Assembly (NCBI RefSeq): GCF_009914755.1
Contig: NC_060932.1
Origin: the human T2T-CHM13v2.0 reference genome, Homo sapiens
DNA: 64,000 nucleotides
Direction: 5' to 3' (one strand)
Position numbers and translations under genes: made by a program. Under the pieces are notes generated by a model. It saw only the letters and a list, made by a program, of their open reading frames with translations, had not been told where the DNA came from and did no database searches. This document shows, piece after piece, positions 1-15,500 of this stretch. How positions within the stretch are numbered: position 1 is the stretch's first letter; every line of letters begins with the position of its first letter.

Positions 1-361
1 CAAAGCATCATGAAAGCGATGGCTACCAAGAGGTGGCAGTGGTCCAGTCAAAGGAAAAGGAGGCCAGTCAGGAGCCCACATCATGGCATCAGTGTTTTGG
101 GACACTCAAGGCATTTTGCTTGTTGACTTTCTGAAAGGCCAAACATCTGCTTATTAGGAGAGTGTTCTGAGAAGCTTAGATAAAGCTTTGGTAGAAACAT
201 GCTGGGAAAGTCTCACTAGATCCTTGTTCACCACATCAATGCTCTGCTCATTCCTCTCATCAAACAAGGGCAATTTTGTCAGTTTCAATGGGCAGTCCTT
301 AGGAATTCACCTTACGGGCTGCTTTCATTCCTTCTAAATTCTTTTTGTTTCCTAATGATAA

Positions 362-427
362 AAAGTCTCCTTGCCTTGCTTGGAAAGATGAGAGAAAGTC
401 TCCTTGCCTTGTTTGGACAGATGAGAG
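362..427. repeat. 33-bp direct tandem duplication at the Hsmar2 3' truncation point
   Basis: AAAGTCTCCTTGCCTTG(C/T)TTGGA(A/C)AGATGAGAG at 362 and 395, present in each unit. Confidence 0.85.
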
Positions 428-2229
428 ATGAGATCCTCCTCTTCTCTCCCAGGACAGAATGGTGAGACTTGAGTTTCCTTTCTCCTCACTCTTCTCCTCC
501 TTGAGGGAGCTGCTGTGCCGGACAGACCTGCCCCCGTGTCTAGACACTGGTAGACTCGTTTAAGTTCCTCACAGGCAATCCTCCATGGGGTCAAAGTGGA
601 AGGACTTATTTCTTCAGGGCTCAGTAGTCCACATCCTGGCGCGCACCTTCACCAGCCCAGGGCGGGGTAGAGGAGGGTGAAAGGGCGTGGCTCAGAGCCC
701 GCTTCTTCCGCTCGGGCGTATCCTGGGAGGAACCCTTGTCCGGTGAGCATGTCTTCGTCTCTACCAAATTCCCTAGTGGGACATTTCTGGCAGCCCTACT
801 TGTTCAGCAGCTTACGGGGGTCAGGTGGACCTCTGCTAGTCACCAGCCTGAAGCCCTTTCTCCATTTCAGCTATTTTGGCAGTTGCCTAGGTGACTTTTG
901 AACCTCATTATCCAGAACAGCAAACGGACGAGGGGTGAGAAGAGTGGCCGTCTGGGTTTGCAGCATAGTGCTGCCTTCTAGGAGTTGTGCAGTCTTCGAT
1001 TGTGTGAAACTTCACCTGGCTGATTTGTGGCAATGCCTCCACAAATTCGCTAAATTCAGTAGCTTTTGCCTTCCAAGATTCATTTACACAATGTTGAATG
1101 CTTTAAATGAATGAGCATGAAGAGTGCTGGGCTGGAAAGTGATGAGATGGGTGGTAGGGACTCCTCGGAGTAGAGGAGTAGAGTTTTACTATTATGACTA
1201 GGAGGCAAATAAAAAGAAGCTGAACGTGATCCATAATAAAAGAAGCACACACTCACAGAGCTCCATACCAACTACATTAAAATGGAAATCATGATATTTG
1301 GAAATACAACTTAATTGGAAATCATTAAGTAATCTCATCAACCTTTTTACAGTGGGTGGCAGGGCTATGGAGGGAAAACAGCAATGGTTCTGGCACCTAC
1401 TTAACTTGATTCCATTAAATTCACCCAACAGGCCTCCAGAGAACATATTACTGCTTTGATATTACAAAGGGAAAAACAGCTATGGCGTCTCTGAAAAGCA
1501 CAACGTGCTAGGACTGGAATGACTTTAAAACCACACATAAATTTCTGAGAGATTTTTGCCATAAGGTACCATCCACCTTACTGTAAACCACATCCTAAAA
1601 TTGTCTGCAGTGCAAATGGATTATGTGCATCCAACAGGAAACAGCATAGGTTGAGAAGCTGTTACTTAATAGCTTCATTGTCACCACGAGTGTAAAGTGT
1701 GGGGTCTCATCACTTTTGCACCCACGTTTTGCCTGTTGGTTTCTCCACACTGTCAGGAGCATTTGACCAACTCACTGTGGCTCAGGGTCCCTTACGCAGC
1801 CTGTTGGGGAAACCAGTGGGTATTGAAGACCTGCCTCTGGTGTGCCAGGACGTTGTGCCTGCCGGCCACTCTGACTTGCGATCTTCCGCCTCAGTGTATG
1901 GCTTCCTACACCTGGGTAATTAACATTGCCAGCATGATAAGGAGGTCCTTTCATCACTATTGCCACTAGTCCTTCCGACTCCTGTGCCCTGTTTCTCCTT
2001 TATTGGAACCCAAGAACGAGTAAACATAGCATTTTCAAACATCCCGCCCCCTTCCCTGGTAACACCAATATTCCACCATCCTAATTCCCTCACAAGCATT
2101 CAGTCTCTCCACCCTGAGGTGGTGAAATCCCTGCAGGCATTTATAAGTATACCTGGACAGAAGAAATACAAGATACCGTTCTATTAACTCAATATAGTGT
2201 TGCTAAGTTCGTACTTGTGCTTGGTTTAT

Positions 2230-2800
2230 TTTATTTTATAAATAGGTATCACTCGCATGGTTCCAAATGCGGTAGGCACAGAGAGTATATATGATGGAAT
2301 TACATCCTCCTTCCCTGCACTCACCAACCGAGATCATCCCGCTACGGGCACTCAAAGGTTTCATTGTCTGAAATATCAGCCTAAACGTAGTTTATGTTTA
2401 GGAAGCAACAACCGTAAATAGTCCCACATCCAAACGGAGTGGATTTAGGTTTCACTTTTTCAAGGAAAAACCATCAAAGAATTTTTCCACATACTTATAA
2501 AACATCCCACGTATAGAATCCATTTTTACTGACACAAATTTAGTACCAATAAACGACTCTTCTTCTCAATTTGTTTTATTTAACAATAAGTCTTGAACGT
2601 CATTCCCAGTTAACATTTTGAAGAGTTTCCTCTCTTTCGTTCTGTTTTAGCTGCAAAGTATTCTTCCGTAAGGATGAACGTACTATAATTTATTAGCCAG
2701 CCACTTAGTGATGTACAATTAAGCAGTTTTAAATCTTTGAGTCTTGGAAATATTGTTTCTCACACATAAATATTTCTATAAAATAAATTAGTTGAATTAG
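2230..2800 (-). mobile_element. Very old antisense L1M (L1ME-like) fragment
   Basis: GTATTCTTCCGTAAGGATGAACGTACTATAATTTATTAGCCAGCCACTTAGTGATG resembles antisense L1ME 3' sequence. Boundaries are uncertain. Confidence 0.45.
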
Positions 2801-2807
2801 AATTGTT

Positions 2808-3020
2808 GGAGTTCAAGACCAGCCTGGCCAACATGGTGAAACCCCATCTCTACTAGAAACACAAAATTAGCCGGACATGCCGGTACATGCCTCTAATCTC
2901 AGGTGAGGCAGGAGAATCACTTCAACCTGGGAGGCAGAGGTTGTAGTGACTCGAAATCACGCCACTGCACTCCAGCCTGGGCGACGCGAGCGAAACTCTG
3001 TCTCAAAAAACCAAAAAAAA
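2808..3020 (+). mobile_element. 5'-truncated Alu (AluS-like)
   Basis: GGAGTTCAAGACCAGCCTGGCCAACATGGTGAAACCCC...CCACTGCACTCCAGCCTGGGCGAC..TCTCAAAAAA. Copies at 14997-15118 (cut by junction), 18082-18294, and on the minus strand ~29910-30123, 42101-42313, 54291-54503. Confidence 0.9.
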
Positions 3021-3039
3021 TTAAACATAAAAAGAAAAG

Positions 3040-3890
3040 CGGTACATATACCCAATAGAACACAATTCAGCCTTAAAAAAGAAAGAAATCATCTCATTGG
3101 CAACACGAATGAGCCTAGAGGATGGTACACTGAGTGAAAGAAAGCAAAGGCCAGGCACGGTGGCTCATGCCTGTAATCCCAGTACTTTGGGAGGCCAAGG
3201 CAGGTGGAAGCGTTGAGCCCAGGAGTTGGAGATGAACCTGGGCAACATGGTGAAACCCCATCTCTAAAAGAAACACAAAAATTAGCCAAGTGTGGCGTTG
3301 GACGCCTGTAGTCCTAGCTATTCAGGAGGCTGAAGCGGGAGGAACTCTCGACCCCGGGAGGTGGAGGCCGTGGTGAGTGAGCCGTGTTTGTGTCACTGTA
3401 CTCCAGCCTGGGTGACAGACTGAGACCCTGTCTCAAAAAATAAATAATTACATAATAAAGATTTAAAAAGCAAGCACAAAAAGACAAATACTGCATGATC
3501 TCACTTATATGTGCAATCTCAAACAATGCAACTCATAGCTGTAGAGAGCAGAACGGTGGTTACCCGAGGCAGGGGTCAGGGAGGGACTGGAGAGATGATA
3601 GTCTCATGATACAAAATTTCAGAGAGGAATGGTTCTAGAGATCTATTGAACAGCCTGGCATCTACAGTGTATAAGTATGTATTGTATACTTGAAAATTGC
3701 TATAAGAGTAGATTTTAGACATGTCCTCATCACATTAAAATCAGTATGTGAGGAAACGAGTGTGTTAATTAGCTTGATTTTGTCATTCCACAATGTATAC
3801 ACGTATGAAACATCATGTTGTATGCCATAAATATATATAATTTTTATTTGTCAAGTTAAAATTAAAATTCATATAAATTATAAAAATAAA
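3040..3890 (+). mobile_element. Old L1MA-type LINE 3' end, interrupted by the AluJ
   Basis: AAAGACAAATACTGCATGATCTCACTTATATGTG and TGTATACTTGAAAATTGCTATAAGAGTAGATTTT are typical L1MA 3' sequence. Copies at ~18314-19164, 29040-29890, 41231-42081, 53421-54271. Boundaries are approximate. Confidence 0.75.
3149..3447 (+). mobile_element. Full-length Alu (AluJ-like) inserted in an old L1M
   Basis: GGCCAGGCACGGTGGCTCATGCCTGTAATCCCAG...TTGAGCCCAGGAGTT...CTGGGCAACATGG. AAAGCAA on both flanks is a possible TSD. Copies at 18423-18721, and on the minus strand 29483-29781, 41674-41972, 53864-54162. Confidence 0.9.
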
Positions 3891-4077
3891 ATGAAATAAC
3901 ATACACTACAAAAGACGTTTATTTATTAAATCCCCACAGAAGGGGTCTAAGTGATAAAGGAAAATAAAATTCCGGGAACGGTAAAATCAATCAGAAATGC
4001 CCTACTTCAGTGCTTTCCGAAATTTGTCTGACAGAGTGGAAATCCAGTTTTTCACTAAGTCACTGTTCTGGAACAGT

Positions 4078-4200
4078 TTGTGTGTGTGTATGTATGTGTG
4101 TGAGGGCTCACATACACAAATTGAACTAATGGAAGTGTAAGCATTCAAATTATCAGTTTAATTTAGTTCTATACATATACACACACACACACTCACACAC
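4078..4200. repeat. Imperfect (TG)n and (CA)n microsatellites in opposite orientation
   Basis: TGTGTGTGTGTATGTATGTGTGTG at ~4079-4102 and ACACACACACACACTCACACAC at ~4179-4200. Confidence 0.8.
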
Positions 4201-4409
4201 CGAAAACATTGATAAAATCAGCCATTCCAGCAAAACTAGCTACTTAGTGTCTATCTCTCCTTGAAGATTCAAACTAGAAATGAGGATTTAGAGAGGCATG
4301 ATGGTTCGTTCTCTCTTGGAGCCCAGTTCGAAGTTGACTGACTGATTCAGTCATTGTAATTGGTTGGTCTTGGGGAAGAATCCACTTTGACTCTTGGGAA
4401 GTCAGCTAG

Positions 4410-4640
4410 GTCAGCGGACAGAGCAGGGGCTCTGGAGCCAGACTGCCTGCACCCGACTTCTAGCTATGATACCTTGGATAAACTACTTATCACCTGGGCT
4501 TCAGGTTCCTCATCTGTAAAATGGGGATAAGAATGCTATCTCTCTCACAACTGTTAGGAGGACTGACTGGGTTAATACGTGCAAAGTACCAAGTACATAA
4601 GAAACCAACAGCCAGTGCTCACTACAATCATTATTATTTT
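4410..4640 (+). mobile_element. MIR SINE
   Basis: GGCTCTGGAGCCAGACTGCCTG and the MIR core TTCCTCATCTGTAAAATGGGGATAA. Copies at ~19684-19914, 28290-28520, 40481-40711, 52671-52901. Confidence 0.75.
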
Positions 4641-4868
4641 GGGCAAGTTAAGCCGCATGGTTTCTTTAGGTATAAAATTAGGCTTTATTTACCTACCTGT
4701 TGGGTTGTTCCAAGGATTAATCACATAGTGTTCATGAATTCCCTTTATAAACTATTATACAAAAGAAATATAGTTAACATTAATTGAACACCTACTATGT
4801 GCGATCGTTTTAAGGCTTGCCATGTGCTGCTTCATTCAGTCCGCACCATGACATTAGGATCACACTTT

Positions 4869-8539
<3,671 letters not shown>

Positions 8540-8550
8540 GATCACACTTT

Positions 8551-8665
8551 AAAGACCAAAAGGTAGAAGCGCAAAGACGTTATCTGTCCAATATTACAAA
8601 CCTAGTAAGTGGTGGAATTTGGCCTTGAACCCAGATCTGTAACTCCAGAGCCGAAGTGCTTCACC
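8551..8665 (-). mobile_element. MIR fragment, probably the other half of the MIR-like sequence at ~4775-4857 split by the L1PA insertion
   Basis: CTAGTAAGTGGTGGAATTTGGCCTTGAACCCAGATCTGTAACTCCAGAGCC resembles antisense MIR. ATTGAACACCTACTATGTGC lies on the other side of the L1. Confidence 0.55.
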
Positions 8666-9103
8666 CACCTCCCTGTGGTGCCTCTACAGAAAAAGAGGTA
8701 AGCAGGCATTCCGAAAGCTGGTGGGCCGGGGGGCTGGCCTTGTACTCAGAAGCCATGGAAGTCCCACGTGGGGTGGCTAGTGGTGTAAGGACAGAGGTCT
8801 CGGATGGGCAGAGGGATGTGGACAGGCGCGAGGGCGCGCGGCAGGGACTCGGGGGACTGGGAGTGGCGGCTCGGGGCTGCGGGAGGCGATTGGTGGAAGG
8901 ACAGAGGTCTGGGAGGGGCAGAGGGATGTGGACAGGCCCGAGGGGCCGCGGCAGGGATTCCGGGGGACCGGGAGTGGGGGGTTGGGGTTACTCTTGGCTT
9001 TTTGCCCTCTCCTGCCGCCGGCTGCTCCAGTTTCTTTCGCTTTGCGGCGAGGTGGGCAGGGTGAGCTCTCGGGACTGATGGCGGTTTTGGAAGAGGCCTG
9101 GGG

Positions 9104-11131
9104 CTAAGGACAGGCCAGGGCGGCGGGAGAGGCGGACCGGTGGCGTGGCTGGATCTGGGCGCGCTGTCGGACCTTCCACATCACCAGCTGCAGGCAGGCG
9201 TTTGCGTCCTCGCTGGAGTTGTGGCCGTCCTGGCTGTCCTGGATGATCTGTGCCAGGTAGTCGGCCGCGAGATTCCTGAGGGAGCGCTTGTAGGGGAAAC
9301 CCAGGTAGTGCGGGAAGAGCACGGCCGTGTCCACCACGGTGCTGTGGATGAGCTTCAGGGCCAGCAGGTCGCTCTCCAGGCTGTGCCCGATGAGGATGGT
9401 TTGGGCGCTGAAAAAGCTCAGCAGGATGGCTTGGACTTGGGGCAACGTGATGCTCGTCTTGGCGACGTCGGCCTCGGTGACTCCGGAAAACCTGGTGTTG
9501 TAGTCCACGATCTCGTTGTCGGGCTTGACGAAGGTGTCGTACACCACTCGCATGTCGGCGTCCACCACGGTGACGCGGGTCAGCTCTAGGCCACGCGTGG
9601 TGTAGCACATCTCACAGTCCAAGGCGTAGATTCCTGGATAAGCGTCTCTGGACAACTCTTTCTTGAAGGTCTCCACGAAGCCATCGAGGCTCTCCTTGCG
9701 GCCGTCCCGCACGTGCTGCTTTGCCACCTGGCAGCCCACAGAGCCAGGAGCAGCTGCACAGCAGGTGTACTGGCTAACCCGGCCTCCAGCCACCTGGCTC
9801 GAGCGGACCCGCCCCCAGTGATAATAACACAACTGGTCGCGTACACAGCGGCCCGAGGAGGACACCAGGTACTCGGTGCCACAACGGCAGCAGACCCTGC
9901 AGGAGGAGTCGCCGGGCCCCTTCCCCTGGCCAGTGAAGAGGACGGCGCCTCCGGGCCGCTCGGGGTGCGGGAAGGGGTAGCCGTTCTCCTTGAGCTGGTC
10001 CTGGGTGAGCAGGAACTCCTGGAGGCGGCTGTACAGGGCGGCCCTGCTGAGGCCGGGCATGGAGCTGGGGGTCAGGCCCTTCAGTCTCTTGAGGGTGTTC
10101 AGGACCACGTTCAGGTACCTGTTCTTGTTGGGGCTGCAGTCGTAGGCCACCTTCTCCTCGTTCAGCGCCTTCTCCTCGGCCTCCTGCTTGGAGGCGCAGA
10201 ACTTGAGACACTCTTCGGTGAACAGTTGGAGATAGCCTCGGCGGAGGACGGTGGGGACTTGGCACCCAGAGCTTCGGAGGATAATGGGTTTCTTCAAACT
10301 CAAACTCGGTAAGGATGCACGACGGACGATTCGCTTAGAGCTGGTGGTGGCGGTGGTCTTGCATGCCATCCCTGACCTGTTGCGCGTCTTCCCTGGCTGT
10401 CTGCCGACCTTGGAGCCACGGGAGCGTTGGCTGCTGCTGGCCACCCGGGTTCTCTTGGCATCTGTGTAACCTGTGACCAAGCAAGGGCTGGAAGAGTGGG
10501 CGATCGTCTTCCTCTTCCTGGGGGCTGAGATGCGGACTCCCGAGGGCCTCTCTGTCAGCCTTGGGGCGGCTGGCAAGCGGCAGGCCGATCCCCTCTGCGC
10601 AGGGAAGTAGCACGACTCCGTCACCATCTTGGGCCACGCTGGGGGCACCGCCGGACCCCTGTTCTGGGGCTCCGCCTGGATGTCCACAAATGCTGAGGCC
10701 TGCTTGTGCATCTGGGGCACCCAGAGCCCGAAGCTCTGGGCAGGCTGATGAGAGGGCAGTGGGAATTCTGGAGCCTCGAGGGCCGCCTCCTCGGCCACCT
10801 TCTTAGCTTCTGGGTATCCAGGTGGGAACCAGCAGGGAGCTGTGGCTCGCAACATCTTGCTGCCTTCGGGAGCACCGGCCGGGCTCTGCTCCGCTCCCAA
10901 ATGGCGGCTTGCCTCCGGGGCCGCCTCCTTGGCCACCTTCTTAGCTTCTGGGTATCCAGGGCGGAACCAGCAGGGAGCTGTGGCTCGCAACATCTTGCTG
11001 CCTTCGGGAGCACCGGCCTGGCTCTGCTCCCCTCCCAAATGGCGGCTTGCCTCCAGGGCCGCCTCCTCGGCCACCTTCTTAGCTTCTGGGTATCCAGGGG
11101 GGAACCAGCAGGGAGCTGTGGCTCGCAACAT
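9104..11131 (-). CDS. REXO1L1: Putative exonuclease GOR / REXO1-like 1 (intronless REXO1 retrocopy, 675 aa; often annotated as a pseudogene)
   Basis: Uninterrupted ORF from ATG ([10 protein letters not shown]). DEDDh motifs [14 protein letters not shown] and GHNSSEDA are present, with a Cys/His-rich CCRC..CYYHWG..YTCC region typical of REXO1. The track's TTG start at 11176 is 15 codons upstream of the first ATG. Confidence 0.88.
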   Translation of the reverse strand: MLRATAPCWFPPGYPEAKKVAEEAALEASRHLGGEQSQAGAPEGSKMLRATAPCWFRPGYPEAKKVAKEAAPEASRHLGAEQSPAGAPEGSKMLRATAPCWFPPGYPEAKKVAEEAALEAPEFPLPSHQPAQSFGLWVPQMHKQASAFVDIQAEPQNRGPAVPPAWPKMVTESCYFPAQRGSACRLPAAPRLTERPSGVRISAPRKRKTIAHSSSPCLVTGYTDAKRTRVASSSQRSRGSKVGRQPGKTRNRSGMACKTTATTSSKRIVRRASLPSLSLKKPIILRSSGCQVPTVLRRGYLQLFTEECLKFCASKQEAEEKALNEEKVAYDCSPNKNRYLNVVLNTLKRLKGLTPSSMPGLSRAALYSRLQEFLLTQDQLKENGYPFPHPERPGGAVLFTGQGKGPGDSSCRVCCRCGTEYLVSSSGRCVRDQLCYYHWGRVRSSQVAGGRVSQYTCCAAAPGSVGCQVAKQHVRDGRKESLDGFVETFKKELSRDAYPGIYALDCEMCYTTRGLELTRVTVVDADMRVVYDTFVKPDNEIVDYNTRFSGVTEADVAKTSITLPQVQAILLSFFSAQTILIGHSLESDLLALKLIHSTVVDTAVLFPHYLGFPYKRSLRNLAADYLAQIIQDSQDGHNSSEDANACLQLVMWKVRQRAQIQPRHRSASPAALACP

Positions 11132-11668
11132 CTTGCTGCCTTCGGGAGCACCGGCCTGGCTCTGCTCCTCTCCCAACTGGCGGCTTCAATGAGTGCTGCG
11201 GCCGCCACTTGTCGCCTTTATATAGGCACAGGGCAGACTGGGTGGGACTTCTCCTTGATAGGTTGGTGCTTCAGTCCAATCACACTGAGCCTCATCTTCC
11301 ACCAGACTCCAGCTTGGGAATGCCTCAGGGGGTGCGCTAATGGAATCAACTGGAACTCCCGGTTGCTAAACTTGGAGCTAGGTTGCTTTTCCTGAGTTAA
11401 GTAACTGTCCCTGCAGGGCAGTCCTATAATGGCTACTGGAATTGGGCTACCTAGGATTAAATTAAGGTTCAGGGAGGTTGGTCAACTTGCTTGGGCCCAC
11501 ACAGCACCCCTTGGAGCCAGGACTGGGCCAGCAGTCTGCTGCATGCTGGAGGGCGGGATCCCTCTGGGGCTGCCTTTCCCTGCTCTGTGCACTCCGCCGC
11601 TGCGGGCAAATTGAGGACAGGAAGCGGACCGCACCCACTTCTCTCCCAGGACTTGGGCAATGTTCAAC

Positions 11669-12557
11669 ACAGGTGGTCTTCCAAAGCTTCATAGAAAATG
11701 CACATGGTGAAGAAACTATGCATGGATTTCCACTGGTTTGCACTAAAATAAACTTGTCCTAACTTCTGATAACCTTTCTGAACTAGATCTAGTTTGAGGC
11801 ACTAAGAAGGATGAGACATCCACTGAAAAGGACTCCCATCAGAGCAACATGAATTCCACGAAAATTGCAGCAAGAGGAAACATCAAATTTATGGTGAAGC
11901 TTGGGTGGAAGATTGAAGAAATCATTGACGTTTTAAGAAAAGCTTGTAAGGACACTACCCCAAAGAAATGAACTCTTTACGAATGTATAGCTTGTTTCAA
12001 GAAGAGGTGAGAAGATGTGGAAGATGAATCCTGCAGTGGCTGTGAAAACCACTGTGCCCAGATGAGCTGCAGTTACGACGAGAGCTATCAGTGGAAATTT
12101 TAAACAGGAGGGATCACGATCCTGACGCATCCCTCTGACAAATTGTAAGCGGAAGTTGGAACATGGCTTCACCAATATGATCTCGAAGGCAAAGCATCAT
12201 GAAAGCGATGGCTACCAAGAGGTGGCAGTGGTCCAGTCAAAGGAAAAGGAGGCCAGTCAGGAGCCCACATCATGGCATCAGTGTTTTGGGACACTCAAGG
12301 CATTTTGCTTGTTGACTTTCTGAAAGGCCAAACATCTGCTTATTAGGAGAGTGTTCTGAGAAGCTTAGATAAAGCTTTGGTAGAAACATGCTGGGAAAGT
12401 CTCACTAGATCCTTGTTCACCACATCAATGCTCTGCTCATTCCTCTCATCAAACAAGGGCAATTTTGTCAGTTTCAATGGGCAGTCCTTAGGAATTCACC
12501 TTACGGGCTGCTTTCATTCCTTCTAAATTCTTTTTGTTTCCTAATGATAAAAAGTCT
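11669..12557 (+). mobile_element. Decayed Hsmar2 mariner DNA transposon (5' TIR, internally deleted transposase pseudogene, 3' end missing)
   Basis: TIR-like CAGGTGGTCTTCCAAAGCTTCATAGAAAATG. From ATG 11849 it reads MNSTKIAARGNIKFMVKLGWK..TPKK*..FKKR*EDVEDESCSG, and later WLPRGGSGPVK..MASVFWDTQGILLVDFL, matching the Hsmar2 consensus as I recall it. Partial copies at 1-368 and 15119-15642. Confidence 0.85.
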
Positions 12558-15500
12558 CCTTGCCTTGCTTGGAAAGATGAGAGAAAGTCTCCTTGCCTTG
12601 TTTGGACAGATGAGAGATGAGATCCTCCTCTTCTCTCCCAGGACAGAATGGTGAGACTTGAGTTTCCTTTCTCCTCACTCTTCTCCTCCTTGAGGGAGCT
12701 GCTGTGCCGGACAGACCTGCCCCCGTGTCTAGACACTGGTAGACTCGTTTAAGTTCCTCACAGGCAATCCTCCATGGGGTCAAAGTGGAAGGACTTATTT
12801 CTTCAGGGCTCAGTAGTCCACATCCTGGCGCGCACCTTCACCAGCCCAGGGCGGGGTAGAGGAGGGTGAAAGGGCGTGGCTCAGAGCCCGCTTCTTCCGC
12901 TCGGGCGTATCCTGGGAGGAACCCTTGTCCGGTGAGCATGTCTTCGTCTCTACCAAATTCCCTAGTGGGACATTTCTGGCAGCCCTACTTGTTCAGCAGC
13001 TTACGGGGGTCAGGTGGACCTCTGCTAGTCACCAGCCTGAAGCCCTTTCTCCATTTCAGCTATTTTGGCAGTTGCCTAGGTGACTTTTGAACCTCATTAT
13101 CCAGAACAGCAAACGGACGAGGGGTGAGAAGAGTGGCCGTCTGGGTTTGCAGCATAGTGCTGCCTTCTAGGAGTTGTGCAGTCTTCGATTGTGTGAAACT
13201 TCACCTGGCTGATTTGTGGCAATGCCTCCACAAATTCGCTAAATTCAGTAGCTTTTGCCTTCCAAGATTCATTTACACAATGTTGAATGCTTTAAATGAA
13301 TGAGCATGAAGAGTGCTGGGCTGGAAAGTGATGAGATGGGTGGTAGGGACTCCTCGGAGTAGAGGAGTAGAGTTTTACTATTATGACTAGGAGGCAAATA
13401 AAAAGAAGCTGAACGTGATCCATAATAAAAGAAGCACACACTCACAGAGCTCCATACCAACTACATTAAAATGGAAATCATGATATTTGGAAATACAACT
13501 TAATTGGAAATCATTAAGTAATCTCATCAACCTTTTTACAGTGGGTGGCAGGGCTATGGAGGGAAAACAGCAATGGTTCTGGCACCTACTTAACTTGATT
13601 CCATTAAATTCACCCAACAGGCCTCCAGAGAACATATTACTGCTTTGATATTACAAAGGGAAAAACAGCTATGGCGTCTCTGAAAAGCACAACGTGCTAG
13701 GACTGGAATGACTTTAAAACCACACATAAATTTCTGAGAGATTTTTGCCGTAAGGTACCATCCACCTTACTGTAAACCACATCCTAAAATTGTCTGCAGT
13801 GCAAATGGATTATGTGCATCCAACAGGAAACAGCATAGGTTGAGAAGCTGTTACTTAATAGCTTCATTGTCACCACGAGTGTAAAGTGTGGGGTCTCATC
13901 ACTTTTGCACCCACGTTTTGCCTGTTGGTTTCTCCACACTGTCAGGAGCATTTGACCAACTCACTGTGGCTCAGGATCCCTTACGCAGCCTGTTGGGGAA
14001 ACCAGTGGGTATTGAAGACCTGCCTCTGGTGTGCCAGGAGGTTGTGCCTGCCGGCCACTCTGACTTGTGATCTTCCGCCTCAGTGTATGGCTTCCTACAC
14101 CTGGGTAATTAACATTGCCAGCATGATAAGGAGGTCCTTTCATCACTATTGCCACTAGTCCTTCCGACTCCTGTGCCCTGTTTCTCCTTTATTGGAACCC
14201 AAGAACGAGTAAACATAGCATTTTCAAACATCCCGCCCCCTTCACTGGTAACACCAATATTCCACCATCCTAATTCCCTCACAAGCATTCAGTCTCTCCA
14301 CCCTGAGGTGGTGAAATCCCTGCAGGCATTTATAAGTATACCTGGACAGAAGAAATACAAGATACCGTTCTATTAACTCAATATAGTGTTGCTAAGTTCG
14401 TACTTGTGCTTGGTTTATTTTATTTTATAAATACGTATCACTCGCATGGTTCCAAATGCGGTAGGCACAGAGAGTATATATGATGGAATTACATCCTCCT
14501 TCCCTGCACTCACCAACCGAGATCATCCCGCTACGGGCACTCAAAGGTTTCATTGTCTGAAATATCAGCCTAAACGTAGTTTATGTTTAGGAAGCAACAA
14601 CCGTAAATAGTCCCACATCCAAACGGAGTGGATTTAGGTTTCACTTTTTCAAGGAAAAACCATCAAAGAATTTTTCCACATACTTATAAACCATCCCACG
14701 TATAGAATCCATTTTTACTGACACAAATTTAGTACCAATAAACGACTCTTCTTCTCAATTTGTTTTATTTAACAATAAGTCTTGAACGTCATTCCCAGTT
14801 AACATTTTGAAGAGTTTCCTATCTTTCGTTCTGTTTTAGCTGCAAAGTATTCTTCCGTAAGGATGAACGTACTATAATTTATTAGCCAGCCACTTAGGGA
14901 TGTACAATTAAGCAGTTTTAAATCTTTGACTCTTGAAAATATTGTTTCTCACACATAAATATTTCTATAAAATAAATTAGTTGAATTAGAATTGTTGGAG
15001 TTCAAGACCAGCCTGGCCAACATGGTGAAACCCCATCTCTACTAGAAACACAAAATTAGCCGGACATGCCGGTACATGCCTCTAATCTCAGGTGAGGCAG
15101 GAGAATCACTTCAACCTGCAGTGGCTGTGAAAACCACTGTGCCCAGATCAGCTGCAGTTACGACGAGAGCTATCAGTGGAAATTTTAAACAGGAGGGATC
15201 ACGATCCTGTCGCATCCCTCTGACAAATTGTAGGCGGAAGTTGGAACATGGCTTCACCAATATGATAGCCAAGGCAAAGCATCATGAAAGCGATGGCTAC
15301 CAAGAGGTGGCAGTGGTCCAGTCAAAGGAAAAGGAGGCCAGTCAGGAGCCCACATCATGGCATCAGTGTTTTGGGACACTCAAGGCATTTTGCTTGTTGA
15401 CTTTCTGAAAGGCCAAACATCTGCTTATTAGGAGAGTGTTCTGAGAAGCTTAGATAAAGCTTTGGTAGAAACATGCTGGGAAAGTCTCACTAGATCCTTG

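Noticed and set aside
299-4787. Many 60-90 aa ORFs conserved between units
   Set aside because: Conservation reflects very high unit identity. They overlap Alu, MIR, L1M or anonymous sequence and show no protein-family features.
15076-15408. 110-aa ORF created by the Alu-Hsmar2 junction
   Set aside because: It starts at an Alu ATG and reads Hsmar2 out of the transposase frame, with no promoter evidence.
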